A stretch of DNA of 64,000 nt from NCBI GenBank assembly GCA_950097015.1, contig CATNEN010000008.1, forward strand, positions 4,278,001-4,342,000, written 5' to 3'. The position numbers and the translations under genes were made by a program. Shown here piece by piece: positions 9,701 to 21,700 of this stretch. The stretch's first letter is position 1. Every line of letters starts with the position of its first letter. This DNA comes from Macrostomum hystrix (taxonomy: Eukaryota > Animalia > Platyhelminthes). The notes beneath the pieces were generated by a model. That model was not told the DNA's origin and searched no databases. It was given only the letters and a program-made list of their open reading frames with translations.

Positions 9701-12700
9701 GAGGTGGCACGGATAGGAACAGGCGGTGCTCGCTGTCTGCCATGAGCAGGGCCACCTCCTCTGGGAACTGAATCAACGCCTGAAGTTCCTCGAGCTCGTC
9801 CGAGTGGACGATCGTGGCCTCGATATCGGAGCGCAGTAGAATATGGCGCCGGTGAAGATCTGAGGAGAGAAAATGACATGGGAAGTAGCGAGAGGTTAGT
9901 AGCGAAATCACTGCTTGCTGTAGCCATAAGGAAGCCAAACAAATATTCAAGGCCAGGAACTTCGTGAAAGCTAGCCTCTTCTATTTCGCGGAATTCCTAG
10001 AAATGCCGGTAGACCCAACTGACCAGGCAGACACGATCGGATGTGAGTTTCTCTTTAACGACTCAGACTGGCAGACTTCAAAGAGTACAAATTAATCCTT
10101 TGAGCAGACTCAAGAAGATCGCGGATCCTTCTATGTCCTGATTCTAGAACATTGCTCCTGTGTGTGAAATTATAATTCTAAGCTTTTAAAAAAAGTATCA
10201 CTTTTTAATCATCATTTCATAAGAACGAGTGAGCAGTAAGCGGTGAGCAGTGAGCAGTGAGCAGTGAGCGGTGAGCAGTAAATATTTGAGCAGTGGGCAG
10301 TGAGCAGTGAGCAGTTAATATTTGAGCAGTGAGCAGTGAGCAGTTAGCAGATGAGAGCTAAGTGAGCAGACATCAAGGTACTTGCAAGCCACAGAACGCA
10401 GGTTCCGAAACGAGCAGACACTCACCGAACTCCAAGCTGCTTCTCCGCACCAGCAGTCCGTCGCATTCCAATACCTCGCACAGCGCCAATGATAGCGATC
10501 TGAGAGCATCCTCCCCCGGACAGAGTAGAGTCCACGGCCGACTGGCTTGAAACTCCAGCTCAACGGCGTGCGCACCTGGCGGTCGCCTGGTCAGGTGCCA
10601 CTGGCGCAGCTCTGAAACCGGCTGAGACCGGATCAGGCACTTAGTCTTGCCGTCCAGCAACACAATTCGCTCTTCTGAGATTCCCAATAGCCTGCTCTGC
10701 TTTCGCTGCAGGCCGCTCCTTGGCAATTCCTTAACCTGGTAGATTTTGCAGCCGTACGAGGGCAGCTTGCGGCACAGCTTAGCGTACATCTGCTTCAGTT
10801 TCATCTCGTTGTCGTAGAAGGGAGTGTGCCAGAGTTTGCTGTGCTTCTCCTGTGCGATTGTTTCAAGCCTCAAGTTTAATTGGCTGTCAGTGCGTATCCG
10901 ATAGCATCCACCTCACGCCAAAGCTGCTATCTCTATCTCTATCTCTTCTCGATGATTGGCTGCCGTCTAAAGGCGGCTGTTTATCATTTTCGTCCTGCCC
11001 ACGCTAGCACCCACCTCACGCCGAAACCCCCGCTTATCTCTTCTTGATTATAATTGGCTGGCGGCTCGGAACAACTGTTTAAAATTATTATCTTGTCAAC
11101 GACCAGCATCCGCCCCACTGCTCGCTCCACCCCATTTTCGCTCCTCGATTCTGATTGGTTTGCGAGCTCCCTCTGATATGGCATTTAATTTTGAAGCCAT
11201 TAAAACCGCCAGGGAATTAGCCAATAAGCTATAAATAATATTCTACAGGAAGCAGACAATAAATTAAATTTTCGAGTCAATTTACGAGGGTCACTCAGAA
11301 AGTCTTTAGCCTGAACAAGAAAACAGCAACATATGAACTAAAAAACCATTACAACTGCTCAAAGTACTCTCCCCCCGCATTGATACAGGCTTGCATCCTG
11401 TGGAACCAGCTGTCGAAGCACTGCCGCCAATCCTCATCCCGGAGGTCCCCGATGACGTCTTTGAACTCATTCACAGCTTCTTCCAGCGAAGAAAAAATCT
11501 GGCCCTTTAATATCTCCTTGCACTTCGGGAATAAAAAAAAGTCGCACGGTGCCAGGTCTGGACTGTACGCAGGGTGAGTCATCAGCTGGACACCACAGTC
11601 GGCCAGAAACTCGAGAGTTTGAGCTGCCGTGTGCGCACTGGCATTGTCGTGGTGCAGAAGCACCCCACGCATTCCGCACCTTGGGCGCCTCTGGCTCAAA
11701 GCAGAAAAAACTTTGGGCAGGCAAACCGTTGTGTACCAGTCAGCGGTGACTGTCCGGCGATCTTCCAGTGAAACGGAAGCCACATGTCCAGTGCGCATGA
11801 AGAAGCAGGCCACCATCTGCTTGCCGACACTCCGGTTGCGTCGAAACTTGGTTGGGCTGTCCTCGTCTCTGAAGGTCCACATGGATGACTGGCGCTTGTT
11901 TTCGGGGTCGTATTGATAAATCCAGGTCTCATCTCCCGTGAGGATGTCCCAGATACGCCGGCTGGTCCCAGATTCGAATTTCTGCAGCATAAATCGGCAC
12001 CAAGCCACCCGGGTGTCCCTCTGCTCGTCCGACAGCTGATGGGGGATCCACCGGGAAGCCAGCTTCCGCACTCCGAGGTGTTCGTGCAGAATGGTGTGCA
12101 CACTCCCCGATCCAATGCCCATCTCCTGCTGGATCTGCTGGTAGGTCACTCGCCGGTCAGCGTCAATCATGCTGGACACAGCGCAGATATTTTCTGGGGT
12201 CACTGCGTTGCAGGGTCTCCTGGATCGATGCTCATCTTCGAGGCTTTCTCGACCTCGGCAAAACTCAGCGAACCAGTTTTTGACGGTTGCGTATGAAGGA
12301 CACAGATGAGCGAAAACGTCTTGTAAAGTTTGAAATGAATCGGCCGGCGACTTGCCTTGCTTGAAATGCAAGTACATCATAGCTCTGAAGTCACGATTTT
12401 CCAGCTTCATTGTGCAATTGAACGGCGCAAGGGGTGAACTGACTTTGGCTCACTGCAGTGGACTCAAAAGTAACTGCTTCTGTTTGAAAATTTAGCTATA
12501 AGACTTTTAAAAGGTGGTCTTTACCATAGACAAATTTCATGCTTCTGCGTCTCGTGGATCATACTCAGGCTAAAGACTTTCTGAGTGACCCTCGTATTAT
12601 CAATGATTTCCCTTTAGAGAAGAACGCACCTAGCCAATTAAGAATGCAGTCTGGAATTTCGCAGCACTATTGAACAATTCATTCGTGGAGAATCCCCTGG

Positions 12701-15700
12701 AGAGATTTTCCTAGAAAGTAGACCAAAACGAAAGCTCTAATCGACTGAATTCTAGTCCGACTGGTGGAAAGTCGCGAATCTAAAGGCCCACGAAGAAGGA
12801 GAGAATATATTGTGTTGAAGCTTATTCTCTTTTTATTCATTTCCCGCCACAACGGGACCCTGGATTACTGATCGCGGGGAGAAAGGCGGCAAGGGACGGG
12901 AAGGCCGAGTGCCGGATGGCATGCGAATATACGGAGATTAAAAACTAGCTCTGCGATGAGACGGAATAATGAGTAACAGCAGGGAACAGAGATCTCCTTA
13001 GCATTCTAAAGGCCTGCCTCCTGATGATGCAGCTAAGTCTTAATTAATTAGCGGAGGTGCCAAAAGTTCACGTAGACCGGCCGATTCACCCCTTCCCCCC
13101 AGGCTCTGGGTAAGAAATCCCCACGAAGGCAGGGGGCACGCCTTGAGCTTTAATGTCGTTATGTAAAAGGCGCGACAGCTGGCTCAGCCAGATCGCTGAA
13201 TACAAAATGAATCAAGAGTTTTGAGAAGGTCCATTTCCCCCCTGCCATTTGCTCGTCTACTCGGGGGAGAAATTAGCCACTCGATCCCGATCCCCGGACC
13301 GATAACCAGCGAGTCTGCTCAAATGGAAAGCCCGTCCGGATACAGCACTGGGCTGTGGGAAACATGCGCATTGGGATTTTAGCTGGCGATGAAGGATCCA
13401 GAAAGCAGGGATGCAGGGATGGCGATACAGGGATGGGGATGCTGAGATGGGGTTGCAAGGATCGGCCATGAGATTCTTGGATGGGAAAAACCCGATCCAA
13501 TCAAACAAAATGAAACTCCGGAACCCTGAAGCGCCACCACTCAAACCCTGAAGCGCCACTCAAACCCTGAAGCGCCACTGAAACCCTGAAGCGCCACTCA
13601 AACCCTGAAGCGCCACTCAAACCCTGAAGCGCCACTCAAACCCTGAAGCGCCACTGAAACCCTGAAGCGCCACCCAAACCCTGAAGACCCACTCAAAACC
13701 TAAATCCCTACTCAAACCCTGAAAGCCCTGAAGTCGCTCACCTGAATCAGCGCGTGCACCTTTCCGCTATTGTGATAGTCGGGCGGCAGGTATCGCGCAA
13801 GAATCCGCTTCATCTCCTCCAGCTGCCTGTCCTCGTCGACGTTCTCGCTAACGCAGGACAGCTGCTTCATCAGGCGCCTCCGACCGACGGACATCCTGCC
13901 AGGAGACCACTTGCCCTGCTGCTGGGAGTGGATTGTCAGAGACTTGCATCAATCACTACCCTGCATCTCTACCCCTGCATCTCCATCCCTGCATCTCCAT
14001 CCCTGCATCCCCATCCCTGCATCTCCATCCCTTCATCTCTATCCCTGCATCTCTACCCCTGCATCTCCATCCCTGCATCTCCATCCCTGCATCTCCATCC
14101 CTGCATCTCCATCCCTGCATCTCCATCCCTGCATCTCCATCCCTGCATCTCCATCTCTGTATCTCCATCCCTGCATCTCCATTTCTGCATCTCCATCCCT
14201 GCATTCCTGCCTACTGATCTCAGAAACTCCTTCCGCCGGCTGGCCACGTCGCCGGAGCGCCAGGAGCCGCCGAAGCCGCTGAAGGCGCCAGCGAAGCCGA
14301 ATCCAGCGCCACCGCCGCCAGCAGCACCGCCGACGCCACCGCCAGCACACTCCGGCCAAGCGTCGTCCAAGTGCAGCTGCATCGCGGCCAGGGTTGCGGC
14401 TTCGTCCTTCGTGCAGGGCAAGTCGCCGCTGATGACCATCTGCTTGAACTGAGATTGTCCAGAAAGAATTAAATCCTTTCATTATTTCTGGCTTCTCAAA
14501 TTATATTTGGGTAGCAATCGAATGCTTGCTCATCTCGTTACCTTCTTGTACTCAATGTTTACTGTCTCGCCCTTCTCCTTGCCTTCTGAACTTTTCGATT
14601 TGCATTGCTGCTCCTGTTAGGACGAATGAGGACTAAAGTTAAAAAAGGCGCGTCACTATTCTTGCAAGCCCGTCCACACCCTTCACAATAAATCCCCATT
14701 CTTGTCAGCCAATCCTCATAGGTTTCCTATCACTCTACTTAAATCCGCAAACCCGATCCTCAAATCCACCTCAACGATCCTCAAATCCACCTCAACGATC
14801 CTCAATCCACCTCAACGATCCTCAATACATCTCAACGATCCTCAATCCATCTCAACGATCCTCAAATCCATCTCAACGATCCTCAAATCCACCTCAACGA
14901 TCCTCAAATCCGCCACCCCGATCCTAATATCCGCCCCCGATCCTCAAATTCCCCAAGCCGATCCTCAAATCCCCGAAGCCGATCCTCAAATCTCGAAGCC
15001 TATCCTTAAATCCCGAAGCCGATCCTTAAATCCCGAAGCCGATCCTCAAATCCCGAAGCTGATCCTCAAATCCTCCAACCCATTCCTCAAATCCTTTACC
15101 CATAGTCAAGCCCGCCACCCGAATCCTAATCCTCCGATCCGCACACCCGATCCTCAAATCCGCCACCCCGATTCTCAAATCCCCGAAGCCGATCCTCAAA
15201 TACGCCACCCGATCCTCAAAAATCCGAAGCCGATCCTCAAATCCCCGAAGCCGATCCTCAAATCCCCGAAGCCGATCCTCAAATCCCCGAAGCCGATCCT
15301 CAAATCCCCGAAGCCGATCCTCAAATCCCCGAAGCCGATCCTCAAATACGCCACCCGATCCTCAAAAATCCGAAGCCGATCCTCAAATCCCCGAAGCCGA
15401 TCCTCAAATACGCCACCCGATCCTCAAATCCCCGAAGCCGATCCTCAAAAATCCGAAGCCGATCCTCAAATACGCCACCCGATCCTTAAATCCCCGAAGC
15501 CGATCCTCAAATCCGCCACACTAAACCTCAAATCTGCTACCCCAATCTTCCAATCCGCCACCACAATCCTCCAGTGCGCCACCCCAATCCTCTATTCTGC
15601 CACCACAATCCTCCAGTGCGCCACCCCAATCCTCTATTCCGCCACCACAATCCTCCAGTCCGCCACCACAAGGAGACCGCTGACACGCACGCAGGACTTA

Positions 15701-18700
15701 AGGAAGCTCCAGATGCCCTGACACCAGACCCGCTCCGAGTCGCCCAGAGTGGCCAGCAGCCCCAGCAGCTCCTTGACGTCATCCTTGGCGAGCAGCAGGT
15801 CGGCTGGCGCTGTCCGAGCCCAGGTCTCTAATAGCCGACAGGTTGCTGAAGCTGCGGAAGAAGCCGCCGCGAAGTCTGTCATTGTGGGGGACAGCTGACT
15901 CTGCTGCTGCTGCTGCTGCTGCTGAGTAATCTGTTCGTGCTTTGTGGTGTTCATCGAGTGCATAAATTAATTAGATTAAACTTACTATCCTTCCCAACCC
16001 TAGCAACCAGAGAGTGACCCAATCGGAGAGAGTGACCCAGCCAGAGAGAGTGACCAAACCAGAGAGAGTGACCCAGCCAGAGAGAGTGACCCAATCAGAG
16101 TGACCCAACCAGATAGTGACCCAATCAGAGAGAGTGACCCAATCAGAGAGTGACCCAACCAGATAGTGACCCAATCAGAGAGAGTGACCCAATCAGAGAG
16201 AGTGACCAAAACATGAGTTCAAACGAAACGCTCACCTTGACAGATGTCGGCAGCTGCTGCTGCTGCTGTTGCGGCGGCGTCGACGAAGCATCTTTTCCAT
16301 TGCAGCCATTTGAGCCAGAGTCTGGCAAGTTAACAAGCTGGCGCTGCAGGGCAACTAACTCGGCGGCGGTTGCGGCTTCGGCTTCGCACTTGGTGCAGCA
16401 GCAGCGGTCAACAGTGTGGTGCTGATGCTGGTGCTGGTGCTGATGCTGGTGCTGATGCTGGTGCTGATGCTGATGCTGATGCTGATGAATTTTGCTGCTG
16501 CCACCTCTCAAGGAAGCCCTGCCCCAACGGAAGAGCCAACGGTCGCCGATGGCTTGGTTCGGGTGCGGCCTGCTGTTGTCCCCACCGCCCTGAGCCCCCA
16601 TCAGCGACAAATAGTCGGCGTCCTCTTCGTCGACGTCCATCTTAGCGGTTGCCGCCGCCGCTCTCAGCGGCTCGTCGTCATCCCGAACCGTAGCCGCGGC
16701 TTCGCCACCATCCGTTGTCGTAGCCTGACTCTCCTCTCGCCGTTCCGTGGTCTCCCAGGGGCACACGGGATCGAGATCGTCATTCTCCAAGTGCATCGGC
16801 GGCGGCGGGGGCGGTGGCGGCGGTGTCGGAAGCGGCGGAGGCGGCGGCGACGGCTCTGCAGAGTGGAGTTTCTCGACTCGCCTCTCGCGGTACTGCCGGC
16901 AGAACAGGCGGTGATTGAGCAGGCGCACCAGAATCTGTGGATGAGCCAGGCAGGGCAGGGCGATCACAACCGCGTCTGCCAGGCTGCGCTCTTCTAGGAG
17001 CAGCGACTCGGCAGCTGCGGGACTGTCGTCACCGCCCAGGAGGTACTTCAGAGCGGCCGATTGAAGGCCAAGGCCCGATGGCAGACGAACTTCGGGCTGA
17101 AATCGGTTCGGTTTCGAATGATTGAATTGACAGGACCTGGTGACCTTTGATTCGATTTTTCAAATAAATATTTTCGTTGGATTTGCTGGTAAAGTATAGG
17201 AGATAACAAGAATCGCAGCAAGCACCGTAGCTAGAATCGCAGCAATAATTAAAGCTAGTATCGAAGCAAGGACCGTAGCTAGAATCGCAGCAGGAACCGT
17301 AGCTAGAATCGCAGGAAGAACTGTAGCTAGAATCGAAGCAAGAACCGTAGCTAGAATCGAAGCAAGAACCGTAGCTAGAATCGAAGCAAGAACTGTAGCT
17401 ATTATAGAGTCGAAGCAAGAACCGTAGCTAGAATCGAAGCAAGAACCGTAGCTAGAATCGAAGCAAGAACCGTAGCTAGAATCGAAGCAAGAACCGTAGC
17501 TAGAATCGAAGCAAGAACCGTAGCTAGAATCGAAGCAAGAACCGTAGCTAGAATCGAAGCAAGAACCGTAGCTAGAATCGAAGCAAGAACCGTAGCTAGA
17601 ATCGAAGCAAGAACCGTAGCTAGAATCGAAGCAAGAACTGTAGCTATTATAGAATCGAAGCAAGAACTGTAGCTAGAATCGAAGCAAGAACCGTAGCTAG
17701 AATCGAAGCAAAGACACTAGACAAAACGGCGGCAAGAACAAAACATAGAATCGCAGCGCGCATCAAATCTAGATCCGCAGCAAGAATTGAAGTTGAGGAA
17801 GTTAAACTGTTTACTTAGAATCTCAAATTATGTTTACAAGCTTTTCAATGGTACTCTTTTCCAGCCTGAAGTTGAGCCAGTCGGTTTCTTAGAATAATTC
17901 TCGAGATCAAGAATCCAGTCCATTAAACTTTAGCTGACCGCTTTCCCTATGGCCATTGAATCAGCTGATCTAGACAGGAAGTGCCGAAGCATGTCGCGAT
18001 GACAGGCCCCATCAACGGGCAGGACTGCTGTTTGCACTGATTAGACAAATAATAAAAGCTTACTCACCTCAGTTAGCAGCAGTACAATGGCCTCCAACGA
18101 GCAGGCCTTCATGCCGCCGTCTTCGTCAAGGCAGAACTGACTGCCCACTGCCATGCGTTCAACAAATACGTCTTCCTGCCTGTACTGCTGATGCTGCTGA
18201 TGCTGCAGCTGGCCCAACGCTGTCCATTGATGACCGAACACTGTGTCGGCATGGACAAATGAAACAGTAACAATTAGAAAAATAAATGGGAAGAGTCGAA
18301 TGGGGAGGAGTCGAATGGGGATAAATCGAATGGAGAAGAGTCGAATGGGGAAGAGTCGAATGGGGAAGAGTCGAATGGGGAAGAGTCAATTGGGGAGGAA
18401 TCGAATGGGGAAGAGTCGAATGGGGAAGAGTCGAATGGGGAAGAGTCGAATGGGGATAAATCGAATGGAGAAGAGTCGAATGGGAAGAGTCGAATGGGGA
18501 AGAGTCGAATGGGGAAGAGTCGAATGGGGAAGAGTCAATTGGGGAGGAATCGAATCGGGAAGAGTCAATTGGGGAGGAATCGAATGGGGAAGAGTCGAAT
18601 GGGGAAGAGTCGAATGGGGAAGAGTCGAATGGGGAAGAGTCAATTGGGGAGGAATCGAATGGGGAAGAGTCGAATGGGGAAGAGTCGAATGGGGAAGAGT

Positions 18701-21700
18701 CGAATGGGGAAGAGTCAATTGGGGAGGAATCGAATGGGGAAGAGTCGAATGGGGAAGAGTCGAATGGGGATAAATCGAATGGAGAAGAGTCGAATGGGGA
18801 AGAGTCGAATGGGGATAAATCGAATGGAGAAGAGTCGAATGGGAAGAGTCGAATGGGGAAGAGTCGAATGGGGAAGAGTCGAATGGGGAAGAGTCGAATG
18901 GGGAAGAGTCGAATGGGGAAGAGTCAATTGGGGAAGAGTCGAATGGGGAAGAGTCGAATGGGGAAGAGTCAATTGGGGAAGAGTCGAATGGGGAAGAGTC
19001 GAATGGGAAGAGTCGAATGGGGAAGAGTCGAATGGGGAAGAGTCGAATGGGGAAGAGTCAATTGGGGAAGAGTCGAATGGGGAAGAGTCGAATGGGGAAG
19101 AGTCAATTGGGGAAGAGTCGAATGGGAAGAGTCGAATGGGGAAGAGTCGAATGGGGAAGAGTCGAATGGGGAAGAGTCGAATGGGGAAGAGTCGAATGGG
19201 GAAGAGTCGAATGGGGAAGAGTCGAATGGGGAAGAGTCGAATGGGGAAGAGTCGAATGGGGAAGAGTCGAATGGGGAAGAGTCAATTGGGGAGGAATCGA
19301 ATGGGGAAGAGTCGAATGGGAAAGAGTCGAATGGGGATAAATCGAATGGAGAAGAGTCGAATGGGAAGAGTCGAATGGGGAAGAGTCGAATGGGGATAAA
19401 TCGAATGGGGAAGAGTCGAATGGGGAAGAGTCGAATGGGGAAGAGTCGAATGGGGAAGAGTCGAATGGGGAAGAGTCGAATGGGGAAGAGTCGAATTGGG
19501 AAGAGTCGAATGGGGAAGAGTCGAATGGGAGGAGTCAATTGGGGAGGAATCGAATGGAGAAGTGTCGAATGGGGAAGAGTCGAATGGGGAAGAGTCAATT
19601 GGGGAGGAATCGAATGGGGAAGAGTCAATTGGGGAGGAATCGAATGGGGAAGAGTCAATTGGGGAGGAATCGAATGGGGAAGAGTCGAATGGGGAAGAGT
19701 CGAATGGGGAAGAGTCGAATCGGGAATAGTCAATTGGGGAGGAATCGAATGGGGAAGAGTCGAATGGGGTGGAGTTGAATCGGTAAGAGTGAAGTCGAGT
19801 AGAGCATTCATCTGATTGCCTGGCGAATGCACTTTAAATCTTTACAACACCCAGGAAGTGTATGGCATTGTATGGCAGCGTTCTATATGCATAGAAGATG
19901 CGTGGCTCGTATATGCTGCTGCGGTCATTCATGGCTTTGAGAAAGTGTCGGCCACAGATGAAGTGGCAAGGTTTCCCTGCCTGTGGAAGAGGTGAGGCCG
20001 AGACCGGTAGACGGGAACAAAGCTTGTGGACAGAGTGTCGGAACTTTTAAGAAATCTCTTGTTGGCTTCAATTAGGAAATCGGGGCAGGGGTGGAATTAT
20101 GAGTACAAGGAAGTCAGCTCTTATTTTGTTGTTCGTCGCCTTGCACACTTTATTAAGGAAGACGACTAGGAGATAGCATTAGAGAATGTGCTAGCACTTT
20201 TGGAGTCCAGACCGTGCCAGGGGGAGAGACAGGGGATCGTTTTTTAGCTGAGAGGTGGGTGTTGGGGTGAGGTGGGTGTTGGGGTGAGGTTGGTGTGGAG
20301 TGAGGTGGGTGTGGAGTGAGGTGGGTGTGGAATGAGGTGGGCGTGGAGTTAGGGAGGTTTGGATTGTGGTGCGTGTACGAGCAAGGGTGAGGTGCATTGA
20401 GTCTTCGCACAAGCAGCCAGTGTTTACGGCACTGAACGAATCGAAAACAGCAGGTCGAAGCTCTCTAGCCGAGAATCAAACATATTAACCGAGAGATAAA
20501 GAGGGGGCAGAAGGGTAAAACGAGTAAGGACAGGCCAGAGGGTAAGAGCTGAAAAGGAGGGGGTAAGGAAAGAAAAACGAGCAGCTAGCCAATCAGAGAC
20601 AAGGGGAACACAGTTAAACACAGAGGGAGAGAGAAGAAAGTACAATAAGAAGAGGGCGTGCGAGCGTAAACAACATAAACAAGCACAGAGAGAAGGGGGA
20701 AGTATTGACATGTGTGTAGTGAGGTCGGTGGGGAGTGAGATGGGTGTGTAGTGATGTGTAGTGTTGTGTGCATACGAGCAACAGTGAGGTGCATGTGTGT
20801 AGTGAGATGGGGTGTGTACTGAGGTGGGTGCAAATGACGGAGCCCAAAGGTTTTACTGACCCTGACTGTTAAACAAGTCGAACCGCCCGCTCAGGCAGCG
20901 AAACTGTCCCAGGTGCACCAGAATTCTGGTGGCCAGATATTTCACAAACGGAGCATAGCGGGTAGTGTGATTTGTGTAGTACCACTCGTCAGAAGGCAGC
21001 AGCAGCTGCAGCAGGTTGTCAGTTATGAGCAGGTCGAGCAGATCCTCGTGAAATGTCGGGTCCAGTGTCAGACAGCCGATGGCTTGAAGCAGCAGGCAGA
21101 GAAGATGCTGGCAAGAATTATTCAGGGATTATAGACGATTATTCAGAATGACTAGTTCTCAGCCCAATGACCGAATCCCCCCAGTTCAGCCAGCTCACCG
21201 GGTCAAAGTTAGGATCGAGTGAGTCCACGAGTTTTCGCAGGTGGCCCTCGGACACAAGACGAGCCTGCGCCTCCGGGCTCTGGAGCATGAGAGCCAGCAG
21301 GCGGGCAGCCAGGATCTGGTTGCAGTGCAGGGCGCAGGCCCTCAGCCTGACGCTGGGCGAGCATCGAGGACGAAAATTCAACGACCGGCCCTGCGCTGTC
21401 AGGCCGGTGTGGATGACGCCGATAAGAAGGCCGGGCTCGGCCTGGTACAGACGGTCCAACGCCGTGCCGCCCCCAGAATCAGCTGACGCGGCCGCTGGTC
21501 GCAGAGAGATCAGCGCCGTTGCTAGGGAAGCTCGCCTGGCCGCGGCAGCGGCGGCCGCGGTGGAAGAGGACGACGAGGAAGCAGCGCCAGGCGCTTGGTG
21601 ATGATGAGTCTGGCCGGTTGGCGAGTGTGTCTGTAGCTGCTGCTGCTGCTGCTGCTGCTGCTGCAGCTAGGCGATGCGTTGAAGGGTTTCTCATTAGGAA

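Noticed and set aside
19960-20060. LINE C-terminal zinc-knuckle-like fragment (ACGRGEAET...WTEC)
   Set aside because: Too short, lacks the His, and no flanking RT similarity.
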